Origin: Alphaproteobacteria bacterium
Lineage (GTDB): Bacteria; Pseudomonadota; Alphaproteobacteria; Rs-D84
Direction: 5' to 3'
Assembly: GCA_017475605.1 (NCBI GenBank)
Contig: JAFVFD010000005.1
Location: forward strand, 60,001-92,000
Length of the DNA: 32,000 nucleotides
The position numbers and the translations under genes are program-made. Shown here piece after piece: positions 8,194 to 16,194 of the stretch; within the stretch, counting starts at the first letter, position 1, and every line of letters begins with the position of its first letter. The notes below the pieces were generated by a model. It searched no databases. It saw only the letters and a program-made list of their open reading frames with translations, and was not told the origin of the DNA.

Positions 8194-8775
8194 TTATTTT
8201 CGTGTTAACACACCATCAATAAGGCCGAAATCTTTTGCCTCGGTCGGTGTCATCCAGTTATCGCGTTCCATCGCATCAAAGACTTCTTTTTCTTTGCGTC
8301 CTGTAAATGTTGCCATTTGCTTAACCAAAGTCTTTTTATTTTTCTGGAATTGTGCCAATTGAATTTCCATGTCGGTAATTTGCCCCTGGGCACCGGCCAT
8401 TGGCTGATGAATCATAACCTGGGTATTTGGCAACACGAAACGTTTACCCTTTTCCCCGGCCGCCAACAACACAGACCCCATAGATGCAACCAGTCCCATA
8501 CCGATTGTGGAAACAGGTGCCTTGATATATTGCATTGTATCCATAATTGCCCAACCGGCCGAAACATCACCCCCCGGTGAATTTATATACATAGAAATAT
8601 CGGCATTTGGGTTTTCCGATTCCAAAAACAATAATTGGGCAACAACACTGTTTGCCATATTGGGTTCAATTTCACCGCCGACCATAATGATACGGTCCCG
8701 CAAAAGTCGCGAATAAATATCGAACGAACGTTCGCCACGCGGTGATTCTTCTATAACCATAGGTATTAAAGCCAT
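8194..8775 (-). CDS. clpP: ATP-dependent Clp protease proteolytic subunit ClpP
   Basis: ClpP colinearity, with GLVASMGS (Ser), MIHQP (His) and ERD (Asp). ATG 8775 (MALIP) is preceded by AAAGGA. The ORF track start at 8778 is TTG. Confidence 0.97.
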   Translation of the reverse strand: MALIPMVIEESPRGERSFDIYSRLLRDRIIMVGGEIEPNMANSVVAQLLFLESENPNADISMYINSPGGDVSAGWAIMDTMQYIKAPVSTIGMGLVASMGSVLLAAGEKGKRFVLPNTQVMIHQPMAGAQGQITDMEIQLAQFQKNKKTLVKQMATFTGRKEKEVFDAMERDNWMTPTEAKDFGLIDGVLTRK

Positions 8776-8799
8776 CAAAAATCCTTTATTTCAAACGAA

Positions 8800-8808
8800 A
8801 TTATACCA
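8800..8808 (-). promoter_or_regulatory. Extended -10 promoter element TGGTATAAT upstream of clpP
   Basis: The minus strand reads tatatGGTATAATttcg. It has a perfect TATAAT with a TG dinucleotide and lies about 25 nt upstream of the clpP ATG. Confidence 0.4.
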
Positions 8809-8851
8809 TATAAAAACCCGATTCGCTAATTTTCATCAGGTCATAGCACAA

Positions 8852-8879
8852 ATATAGGACTTTATTTTCTTTTTACAAG
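8852..8879 (-). promoter_or_regulatory. Possible sigma32-type heat-shock promoter for clpP (CTTGTAA-13 nt-TCCTATAT)
   Basis: The minus-strand sequence compares to the E. coli sigma32 consensus CTTGAAA-N13-15-CCCCATNT. The match is partial only. Confidence 0.3.
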
Positions 8880-8888
8880 GTCCCACCC

Positions 8889-8917
8889 TTGACAAACCAA
8901 TAAAAATGATTACTATT
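8889..8917 (+). promoter_or_regulatory. Candidate sigma70 promoter (TTGACA-16/17 nt-TACTAT) for the 8947 ORF
   Basis: Perfect -35 TTGACA at 8889-8894, with a -10-like TACTAT at 8911-8916. Confidence 0.35.
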
Positions 8918-8946
8918 CGGGGGCTAAAAAATATAGGGTTTTTCTT

Positions 8947-9381
8947 ATGTTATGGGCTTTGATTACGGCATTGATTTTACGCGGACAAATTCATAAAAAC
9001 GATTCGGTTTATCCTGAAATGGCACACACACCGGGATTTTATAAGTTGGAAATGGCGCGATTGAATAATTATTCCGCGGCCATGGATAAAAAGTTGAAAC
9101 ACGCGATGACACACCACGAACGCGCCAGCGATACACTGTTCTATGCCGCGCACAACGGGAAATCACGCGCGATTCAAAACCGCGCATTTATGCGACTGCT
9201 GGCATCGGACAATCGTGTGTTACACAGTAAAAAGTTAGCCGCTGTGGCAAAACAAGACCTTGCCGACATATCAGCAACCGCAACATCGGTGAACAGTATT
9301 GTCGACACCGCCTACGATTTAGCATACCGTTCCAAGCTGGAATTATTGAAATATCGCCTTAATCAAATTCGTGCGAAATAA
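8947..9381 (+). CDS. Hypothetical protein (144 aa), predicted mostly helical
   Basis: ORF track only, with no recognisable motif. A candidate promoter lies upstream. Its stop codon directly abuts the pgk stop (convergent, 0-nt gap), so the gene is uncertain. Confidence 0.4.
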   Translation: MLWALITALILRGQIHKNDSVYPEMAHTPGFYKLEMARLNNYSAAMDKKLKHAMTHHERASDTLFYAAHNGKSRAIQNRAFMRLLASDNRVLHSKKLAAVAKQDLADISATATSVNSIVDTAYDLAYRSKLELLKYRLNQIRAK

Positions 9382-10551
9382 TTATTTGTCCGACAATGCG
9401 ACAATTCCGGGCAACGCACGCCCTTCGATATATTCCAAAAATGCACCACCACCGGTGGAAACATATGAAATATCATCTTTGACCCCACACGCTTCCAGTG
9501 CCGCGACCGTATCACCACCACCAACAATGCTTTTTAATTTACCGTTGCGGGTTTGTTCTGCAATCGCGCGCGCAATCGCAAAGGAACCCGCCGACCATAC
9601 AGGCGACCATTCCGCCATACCAACAGTCCCGTTCCAAATAACTGTCTTGGCCGATTTAATAACATCAATATCACGCGCCGTCGTTAATGCACCCGCGTCT
9701 AAAATTATGTCGTTGGGTTGTATTTCATCAAATGTCTTGTCGGTGCGCACCGCATCACGTACGAATTTGGTTGCAACCCCTTTGTCCAATGGAACAAGTA
9801 TTTCGCAATTATTTTCGCGACCATATTTTAATATTTCCAACGCGGTGTCGGTCTGGTCCGCCTCGTATAACGAATTGCCAACATTTGCGCCCAACGCATA
9901 GTTAAATGTTGTCCCCAGCGCACCACCAATTATTAATTTATCTGCGATTCGTGCCAGCGCACGCAACACACCAATTTTAGTTGATATCTTGGACCCCGCC
10001 ACAATCGCAACAAATGGATGTGCCGGGTTCGCCATAACCGCATTCAACTGTTCTATTTCTGATGCCAACAATTTGCCAGCATACGACGGCAAAAAATCAG
10101 TTACCCCAACGGTCGATGCGTGCGCCCGATGTGATACCGCAAACGCATCATTTACAAACAAATCAAAACCCGCCGCCAATGCCCGCGCAAATTCCAAATC
10201 ATTTGATTCTTCGCCTGGATAAAAACGCACATTTTCCAACAACACCACATCACCATCGCGCATATTTGCCATAAAGTTTTTATCAAGTGCATCCGCAACC
10301 AATGGTACCCCCATATATTCCGCAACGGGTGCCAACGAATATTCCATATTTCGCGCCCCCTTTGGCCGCCCCAGGTGTGCCACAATTGCGATTCGCGCCC
10401 CCGCATCACGCAGTGCGTTTATGGTCGCCATACTCTGTTCAATACGGAAAGCATCGGTAATTTTTCCATCAACAATTTGTACATTAAAATCATCGCGCAA
10501 CAACACATATTTCCCGCGAACATCCAAATCATCAATCGTGCGTATTTTCAT
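9382..10551 (-). CDS. pgk: Phosphoglycerate kinase
   Basis: RDDFNV and AHLGRPKG N-terminal motifs, with full-length PGK colinearity (389 aa). Confidence 0.97.
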   Translation of the reverse strand: MKIRTIDDLDVRGKYVLLRDDFNVQIVDGKITDAFRIEQSMATINALRDAGARIAIVAHLGRPKGARNMEYSLAPVAEYMGVPLVADALDKNFMANMRDGDVVLLENVRFYPGEESNDLEFARALAAGFDLFVNDAFAVSHRAHASTVGVTDFLPSYAGKLLASEIEQLNAVMANPAHPFVAIVAGSKISTKIGVLRALARIADKLIIGGALGTTFNYALGANVGNSLYEADQTDTALEILKYGRENNCEILVPLDKGVATKFVRDAVRTDKTFDEIQPNDIILDAGALTTARDIDVIKSAKTVIWNGTVGMAEWSPVWSAGSFAIARAIAEQTRNGKLKSIVGGGDTVAALEACGVKDDISYVSTGGGAFLEYIEGRALPGIVALSDK

Positions 10552-11152
10552 TTTTTATCCTTTCCTTTACCGGCCCATAAGACTTCCTGTACTGTTCATT
10601 TATACCATATTTATCGATGGCCTGTAAATGTGATTGTGTGGGATAGCCGGCATTTTTGTCCCAGTCATATTCTGGGTATTTTTTTGCCAAATCATGCATA
10701 ATTTTATCACGCGTTTCCTTGGCAATAATTGATGCCGCGGCAATCGACATTGATTTCGCATCCCCCCGCACAACCGATTCGCCGGCCAGGTTTTTCGGCA
10801 CGCGATTACCGTCAATCAGACAAAAATCTGGCTTTGTGGTTAGTCCCTCAACCGCGCGTTCCATTGCCCGCATTGATGCCCAGAGTATATTTAATTCATC
10901 TATCTCTGCCGGCCCACATTCGCCGGTTGCCCAGATACAGTTTTGCGTTATCCAATCATACGCCACCGCGCGTTGTTTCGCGGTCATTTGTTTAGAATCA
11001 CGAATCACAACGGGAATATCAATATCTGTATTTGGAAAAATCACCGCCGCCGCAACCACCGGGCCACAAAGGGGACCGCGACCGGCTTCATCGACACCGG
11101 CGATTAAACCACCATGCGCCATTTCCAACGAAAAATCAGGATTGGTTTTCAT
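10532..11152 (-). CDS. rnhB: Ribonuclease HII
   Basis: GVDEAGRGPLCGPVV catalytic motif and typical length (206 aa). Its 3' end overlaps the pgk start by 20 nt. Confidence 0.95.
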   Translation of the reverse strand: MKTNPDFSLEMAHGGLIAGVDEAGRGPLCGPVVAAAVIFPNTDIDIPVVIRDSKQMTAKQRAVAYDWITQNCIWATGECGPAEIDELNILWASMRAMERAVEGLTTKPDFCLIDGNRVPKNLAGESVVRGDAKSMSIAAASIIAKETRDKIMHDLAKKYPEYDWDKNAGYPTQSHLQAIDKYGINEQYRKSYGPVKERIKNENTHD

Positions 11153-12864
11153 TATATCGCCCAGCGATTTATAACATATTCATCTTCGCTGTTATAAAGT
11201 GGCCATTGTCCACCCGCCAATTCTTCCATGGATGTTAACGGCTGATTCAAACGCGCACGATACAGCCACAGGTTCGACATTACGCGTTTAATATAACTGC
11301 GCGTTTCGTATGCTGGGAAACTTTCGATATAAAGCAACGGATCCGATGTTTCAAATGTCTTTTCAAACTTTACCAATGTTCCCATACCCGCGTTATATGC
11401 CGCCAGCATTTTAATAATATTGTTTTCAATATTAGGATGCGCCAACAAATCAACAATATATTGTTGCCCCAGGAACATATTATGTTCCGGTTTTGACATA
11501 TCAATATCAGACATACTTACATTGTTTCGCTTTGCGACACGCTTTGCGGTGCTGGGCATAATCTGTATCAGTCCGTTTGCCCCCGCCCCCGATTTTGCAC
11601 CTGCGCGGAAACCACTTTCCTGTTTTGTAATTGCCAACAACAATGCGCGGTCAATAGACCATCCGCCCATCGGTTCCCAATCAGGCAACGGATATTGCGC
11701 GGTATAAATAATATCATCATCAATTTCCAAAATACCGCGGTCGCGAATAACACTGGCCGACTGAATCGAAACACGCGGCAGACCATATGCCGTTGCCACC
11801 GAATTAACCGCATGTAATGTTCGATCGGATGCCCGCGCAGTAATTAAATATTTAAGGTATTGTTCCGCGCGTTCGCGATTTTCCACCTGAAGCAATGCCA
11901 GCGCAATTTTGCCGTATTTGGTTTCGCGCAACGCATCATAATCATCTTCGGTACAGTCCTGTTCAAAAAACTCATATTCCGGACGATTCCCCAACATAGT
12001 TGCCGACAATGCACCATAAAAAGCCATCGGGTGCGCCGCGGAAATTGCCCAATATTTTTTCGCAGTTGCGCGATCGCCATTTGAATCCGCCGCGCGCCCC
12101 GCCCAAAATGCAGCCTCGGTCTTGCGGGCATTATTAATCTGCTGTAAATCAAGTATACGGGCAAAATATTTTTGGCTTTCTTTATATTTTCCTTCTTTGA
12201 AATAGAGCAACCCCATCGCCCACAACCCATATTCAGATTTGGCATCCGCAGCGACAAACCCCCACTTTTTTGCCAATTCAAATTCGCCATTTGTATAATA
12301 AATATATGCCATACGCCCCGCCAGACGACCATAATCCGATTCGGTTATTTTGCGTTTAAACGAACGGTCTTCCAGTATTTGACGCGCGGTTTTTGTGCTG
12401 CCGCTGCGAATCGCTTTTTTGAACTTGGCTATTTTATCCGCAACCTTGCCGGTATATTGTTTCGCGGTCCATGTTTCAGATTGCGCCGTCTCGATAGATT
12501 CACTGCCGGAAATAGAATTCGGTAATTCCGGTTTGCGCACCGTAACCTTTTTAATATTCGCCAATTTTGCCATACGATCCGCACCGGGCATATCGTAATA
12601 TTTATTCATCCAGGCGACAACCTCGGCCCCCTTGGTGTGATATGTTTTGGAAATATAGCGTTGAAATAAAACCTCGTTCAAAAGCAATTTATCTTCTAGT
12701 TGCTTTTCCAACTTCATCGCGGAATCAATTTTTTCCTTGTCCTGTAACATAAAAATTTGTTCATACAAACTGGCATCTACATCGGACAGAACATCAGGCG
12801 AACTTACCGCGAACGCGGCAAGTGGCAAAAATAGTGCAACAAAAAAGCCTATGATTTTTCTCAT
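11152..12864 (-). CDS. slt: Soluble lytic murein transglycosylase (Slt70-like, GH23 catalytic domain)
   Basis: C-terminal ITKQESGFRAGAKSGAGANGLIQIMPSTA and AAYNAGMG motifs, with a long helical-repeat N-terminal domain. ATG 12864 gives signal peptide MRKIIGFFVALFLPLAAFA. The GTG at 12897 in the ORF track would overlap nrdR. Confidence 0.9.
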   Translation of the reverse strand: MRKIIGFFVALFLPLAAFAVSSPDVLSDVDASLYEQIFMLQDKEKIDSAMKLEKQLEDKLLLNEVLFQRYISKTYHTKGAEVVAWMNKYYDMPGADRMAKLANIKKVTVRKPELPNSISGSESIETAQSETWTAKQYTGKVADKIAKFKKAIRSGSTKTARQILEDRSFKRKITESDYGRLAGRMAYIYYTNGEFELAKKWGFVAADAKSEYGLWAMGLLYFKEGKYKESQKYFARILDLQQINNARKTEAAFWAGRAADSNGDRATAKKYWAISAAHPMAFYGALSATMLGNRPEYEFFEQDCTEDDYDALRETKYGKIALALLQVENRERAEQYLKYLITARASDRTLHAVNSVATAYGLPRVSIQSASVIRDRGILEIDDDIIYTAQYPLPDWEPMGGWSIDRALLLAITKQESGFRAGAKSGAGANGLIQIMPSTAKRVAKRNNVSMSDIDMSKPEHNMFLGQQYIVDLLAHPNIENNIIKMLAAYNAGMGTLVKFEKTFETSDPLLYIESFPAYETRSYIKRVMSNLWLYRARLNQPLTSMEELAGGQWPLYNSEDEYVINRWAI

Positions 12865-12866
12865 TC

Positions 12867-13367
12867 CTAAAACAATGTGGTCTTTGGTAATTGACACACA
12901 ATGGCTCCCTCGTCATCCTCTGGTATCTGGTCTATAATCTTTTTAAAGTCTGATATTTTTGAAAACTTGCGATAAACAGAAACGAAACGCACAAACGCAA
13001 TCGGGTCCAGATTCAACAACGAATCAGACACCAATTGTCCGACCATACTGCTGGGGACAACATCATCCGCGGTTTCTGTTTCCAAACGGCGATGAATAGA
13101 TGTAACAAGTTTATCAATTTGATCATCACTTACATCGCGATTGCGACATGCCAATTTAATACTGCGCGTTAATTTTTCCCGATCAAACGGTTCCAACTTT
13201 CCGCTGTTTTTGCGCACAGTCAAATCGCGCATTTGTATGCGTTCAACCGTTGTGAATTTCGCACCGCATTGATTACACACGCGCCGACGACGGATGATTG
13301 AATCCTCGGTATCTGGGCGCGAATCTGCAACGCGGCTGTCGCTAGAATTACAATATGGGCATCTCAT
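12867..13367 (-). CDS. nrdR: Transcriptional repressor NrdR (zinc ribbon plus ATP-cone)
   Basis: MRCPYCNSSDSRVADSRP...RRRRVCNQCGAKFTTVE is the canonical NrdR N-terminus. ATG 13367. The ORF track start at 13433 is an upstream extension. Confidence 0.95.
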   Translation of the reverse strand: MRCPYCNSSDSRVADSRPDTEDSIIRRRRVCNQCGAKFTTVERIQMRDLTVRKNSGKLEPFDREKLTRSIKLACRNRDVSDDQIDKLVTSIHRRLETETADDVVPSSMVGQLVSDSLLNLDPIAFVRFVSVYRKFSKISDFKKIIDQIPEDDEGAIVCQLPKTTLF

Positions 13368-13545
13368 GATTAGTATAAAGGTAGCAATCAATTGCCCCGC
13401 ACGCAAGTATATTTTGTATTTTTGCCTAATCAAAAAAATGCATTTTTTATAAAAATCAAGACATTTATTTCATATTCCCCCCTTGCGCAACGCTTTTTAA
13501 TAGGTCGCAAATATGGTAAAATGTATTTATTAAATGGCAGAGAGA

Positions 13546-14646
13546 ATGGACAAATACCTTAATCAAATTTTGATGGGTGATTGTATTGAACTTATGCGCG
13601 GCATTCCCGACGCATCGGTCGATGCAGTATTTGCCGATTCCCCATATAACTTACAACTGGGCGAAAAAACATTATACAGACCCGAAGATCAAACCGCCGC
13701 GCGTGCGGTCCGCGATTCGTGGGATGCTTTCGAAAGTGCCGATGATTATGCCGAATTTACGCGCCAATGGATTGCCGAATGTAAACGTGTTCTTAAACCA
13801 GACGGGGCATTCTGGACAATCGGCAGTTATCACAACATTTTCCGCATCGGCGCAATTTTACAAGATTTGGGTTTCTGGATTTTGAACGATATTGTTTGGG
13901 TAAAAACGAACCCTATGCCGAATTTCCGCGGAACCCGCTTTACCAATGCCCATGAAACATTGATTTGGGCAACACCACACAAAACAGGCAAATATACATT
14001 TAATTACGAAACAATGAAACGTCTGAATGGCGGCAAACAAATGCGTTCCGATTGGAACATTAACATTTGCCTGGGCGAAGAACGCGTCAAAGATGCCGAC
14101 GGGAAAAGCCTGCACAACACGCAAAAACCACTGGATTTATTACGTCGTGTGATTTTGGCAACGACAAAGCCAGGCGACATTATTCTTGACCCATTTGTTG
14201 GTTCTGGAACAACGGCGGCGGCGGCACGCGAATTGGGCCGTAACTTTATCGGCATTGACCGCGAACCGTCCTATGTTGCGGCGGCACGCGAACGTGTTGA
14301 AAACACTGCCCCAATTGACCTTTCGGAAATCGAGGTTTCTGCCCCGAAACGCGCAGAACCACGTATTGCGTTTTCCGAACTTATCGATGCGGGATTATTG
14401 TATGTCGGTCAAACATTGGTAAGTCCGCGTGGCGAACGCGTTATGATTTCGCGCGATGGGCAATTGGTTCATACCCTTTACGGCAAGGCATCTATTCATG
14501 TTATGGCGGCGCGCATGCAAAACAGCGTCAGTTTTAATGGCTGGGACTATTGGTCCGCGGAAAAGCGCGACGGCACATTGGTTCCGATTGATGAATTACG
14601 CAAATACATCCGCAACATAAAACGCGACATGAAGGTTGCCGCATAA
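13546..14646 (+). CDS. ccrM: CcrM-family N6-adenine DNA methyltransferase (beta class; GANTC specificity is inferred from family membership only)
   Basis: Near-colinear with Caulobacter CcrM as I recall it: GDCIELM, FADSPYNL, GSYHNIFR, LGFWILNDIVW.K.NPMPNF.GTRF.NAHETLIWA, TQKP, DPF.GSGTT, and the C-terminal domain. Starting at MDKY (13546) reproduces the CcrM M-to-GDC spacing. An alternative in-frame ATG lies at 13534. Confidence 0.93.
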   Translation: MDKYLNQILMGDCIELMRGIPDASVDAVFADSPYNLQLGEKTLYRPEDQTAARAVRDSWDAFESADDYAEFTRQWIAECKRVLKPDGAFWTIGSYHNIFRIGAILQDLGFWILNDIVWVKTNPMPNFRGTRFTNAHETLIWATPHKTGKYTFNYETMKRLNGGKQMRSDWNINICLGEERVKDADGKSLHNTQKPLDLLRRVILATTKPGDIILDPFVGSGTTAAAARELGRNFIGIDREPSYVAAARERVENTAPIDLSEIEVSAPKRAEPRIAFSELIDAGLLYVGQTLVSPRGERVMISRDGQLVHTLYGKASIHVMAARMQNSVSFNGWDYWSAEKRDGTLVPIDELRKYIRNIKRDMKVAA

Positions 14647-14676
14647 CAAGTTTCAACTCTCCTTTGTTTGTCCAGT

Positions 14677-14713
14677 CATAAACCGCCATAATGGGCGGTT
14701 TATGATTTTATTT
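14677..14713 (+). terminator. Rho-independent terminator after ccrM
   Basis: 11-bp stem cataaaccgcc/ggcggtttatg, 6-nt loop, then a T-rich tail (attttattt). Confidence 0.7.
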
Positions 14714-14721
14714 GCAAAAAG

Positions 14722-14845
14722 AAAAATGCCCCAATGGGCATTTTGTTAACTTTGGTTGGGGCAGCTGTTCCTTGATAAACAAAAACGCCCCGTTGGGGCA
14801 TTTTAATTTTATCTTGGTTGGGGCAGCTGCTCCTTGATAAACAAT
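14722..14845 (-). repeat. Two tandem 62-bp pseudo-copies of the tRNA-Gln 3' end plus its terminator hairpin (att-like remnants)
   Basis: tggttggggcagctg occurs at 14753-14767 and 14815-14829, identical to the genuine tRNA 3' end at 15005-15019. Each copy is preceded by a copy of the aaaatgcccc..ggggcatttt hairpin and followed by yTCCTTGATAAACAA. Confidence 0.85.
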
Positions 14846-14948
14846 AACCAACCATAAACGCAAAAACTCTATTAAATATATCCGTTTTTGCATGGTTGCT
14901 AATTGTTCATCTGCGTATTGGTCATGCGTGCCAATGGCACTCTGACCG

Positions 14949-14962
14949 ATCCAGCTGCCCCA
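14949..14962 (+). repeat. Inverted 14-nt copy of the tRNA-Gln 3' acceptor/T-arm segment
   Basis: atccagctgcccca at 14949-14962 is the exact reverse complement of tggggcagctggat at 15009-15022. Confidence 0.8.
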
Positions 14963-14994
14963 GATAAAACAAAAATGCCCCGTTGGGGCATTTT
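14961..14994 (-). terminator. Rho-independent terminator of tRNA-Gln
   Basis: 10-bp stem aaaatgcccc/ggggcatttt with a 3-nt loop. On the minus strand it is followed by tttttgtttt. Confidence 0.7.
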
Positions 14995-15004
14995 AATTTT
15001 ATCT

Positions 15005-15078
15005 TGGTTGGGGCAGCTGGATTCGAACCAACACTAGCGGAGTCAGAGTCCGATGTTCTACCATTAAACTATGCCCCA
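15005..15078 (-). tRNA. tRNA-Gln (anticodon CUG)
   Basis: Folded by hand into a 74-nt cloverleaf. Acceptor stem TGGGGCA/TGCCCCA has the U1:A72 pair typical of tRNA-Gln. D-arm is GTTT-AATGGTA-GAAC and the anticodon loop is CTCTGAC. T-arm is GTTGG-TTCGAAT-CCAGC, followed by discriminator A and an encoded CCA. There is one U-C mismatch at 27:43. Confidence 0.9.
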
Positions 15079-15090
15079 AGGCGTGCGGCT

Positions 15091-15119
15091 ATTATATACT
15101 CTGTTTTTTGATTTTGCAA
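15091..15119 (-). promoter_or_regulatory. Strong sigma70 promoter for tRNA-Gln: TTGCAA-17 nt-TATAAT
   Basis: The minus strand reads TTGCAAaatcaaaaaacagagtaTATAATagccgcacgcc, followed by tRNA position 1. Confidence 0.6.
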
Positions 15120-15125
15120 ACAAAA

Positions 15126-15662
15126 TTATAATTCTGCCCTTTCCTGTACCGGTTCCCATATTTTCATAAGTGTCCCAATATCCATATTTTGTTCGATATA
15201 ATCAATCGCATCTGAAATAATTTTTAATTGCGACCGCGTCCAATTATGGTGTCGCATTTTCGCATTAAACCATTCATGGACCGTATCAAAATCGCCATCG
15301 TGTAAAATATATTTCTGTTCAAAATTAGCACTAAACCAATCACAAATCATTTCAACCAAACACACATTTGGCACCATCGCAACATTTCCACCATAAAATT
15401 CAATATGGTGCGATGTGTGCCTATGATGCGCCGCATGCGCCATTTCAAAAAGCCCGCTGTACATTGGCAACATATTATAATTTTTGTGATATTTCGCATA
15501 GTTTTGATATGCGTACCCCGTCCGCATGGGTTCCAGGTTTTTATCATTATCGTGTTCTGGAAAATGAAACCCCAGAATGTCCGCAAAATAATTCACAGAT
15601 GCCACATGGCATGCCGTACGCACCCGATGAAATTCATAAATAGTATCAACGGAAATATTCAT
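15126..15662 (-). CDS. Hypothetical His-rich protein (178 aa), possibly a DUF5662-like or HD-like metal-binding fold
   Basis: ORF track. Motifs are FPEHDNDK, AHAAHHRHTSHHIEFY and VEMICDWFSA, which resemble the HDxSK / HH.E.W / EM..D pattern I recall for DUF5662. There is no signal peptide. The family assignment is tentative. Confidence 0.65.
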   Translation of the reverse strand: MNISVDTIYEFHRVRTACHVASVNYFADILGFHFPEHDNDKNLEPMRTGYAYQNYAKYHKNYNMLPMYSGLFEMAHAAHHRHTSHHIEFYGGNVAMVPNVCLVEMICDWFSANFEQKYILHDGDFDTVHEWFNAKMRHHNWTRSQLKIISDAIDYIEQNMDIGTLMKIWEPVQERAEL

Positions 15663-15728
15663 ATTGGTTATTTTATCACAAATTACACAACATATCTAAA
15701 ACAAAAAACCGTCCATGCGGACGGTATT

Positions 15729-16130
15729 TTATTCAAATGTTACCTTGACCAGACGGTGCTTTTCATATGGCCGCCCATGTTCCACACCATGCCAATCGGC
15801 CACAATACGCGCATCATCAACCCCATGCGCCACAAGGTAATCGCGCACCGCCTTGACACGTTTTTTAGACAATTCAACATTATATGATTCAGGCCCGATT
15901 TCATCGGCATAACCGTCAAGATATATTTTCTTGAACCTGTGTCCATGGATATAAATTAACCCCTGGTCCAGTTGTTGCGTAAATTCTGGCCGCACCACAT
16001 ATGACCCCAATTCAAAATAAATCGGTGTTTCCGCCATTGTTCGATTTGTTGCGCACAAATCTGCCGCATCATTATTATGGCATGCCGCCAATGCGAACGC
16101 CCCAAATATAACGAACAAATATTTTTTCAT
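15729..16130 (-). CDS. OmpA C-terminal-like (peptidoglycan-binding) lipoprotein
   Basis: ATG 16130 gives MKKYLFVIFGAFALAAC, a lipobox. OmpA_C signature is GYADEIGPESYNVELSKKRVKAVRDYLVAHGV. The ORF track start at 16262 overlaps the adhesin's 3' end. Confidence 0.85.
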   Translation of the reverse strand: MKKYLFVIFGAFALAACHNNDAADLCATNRTMAETPIYFELGSYVVRPEFTQQLDQGLIYIHGHRFKKIYLDGYADEIGPESYNVELSKKRVKAVRDYLVAHGVDDARIVADWHGVEHGRPYEKHRLVKVTFE

Positions 16131-16162
16131 AGAAACACCCTTTTTACCCATTGGCAAAACTA

Positions 16163-16188
16163 AATCGTGGGCGAAACCGCCCACGATT
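16163..16188 (-). terminator. Hairpin downstream of the adhesin gene (possible attenuating terminator)
   Basis: 11-bp stem aatcgtgggcg/cgcccacgatt with loop aaac. The U-tract on the minus strand is only partial (tagttttgcc). Confidence 0.45.
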
Positions 16189-16194
16189 ATTTCA

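Noticed and set aside
10656-11174. 172-aa plus-strand ORF
   Set aside because: It is antisense to rnhB, which has a clear catalytic motif.
11844-12332. 162-aa minus-strand ORF and other small ORFs inside slt
   Set aside because: They are out-of-frame or antisense overlaps with the Slt coding frame, which carries the GH23 motifs.
14708-14893. 61-aa minus-strand ORF
   Set aside because: It lies wholly within the tandem tRNA-3'-end and terminator repeats, and its translation is repeat-driven.
14722-15019. Possible mini-CRISPR array (three copies of an approximately 48-nt repeat)
   Set aside because: The repeat is the tRNA-Gln 3' end plus its terminator. There are only three copies, with unequal spacing (62 and 190 bp), and no cas genes. 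An att-site remnant explains it better.
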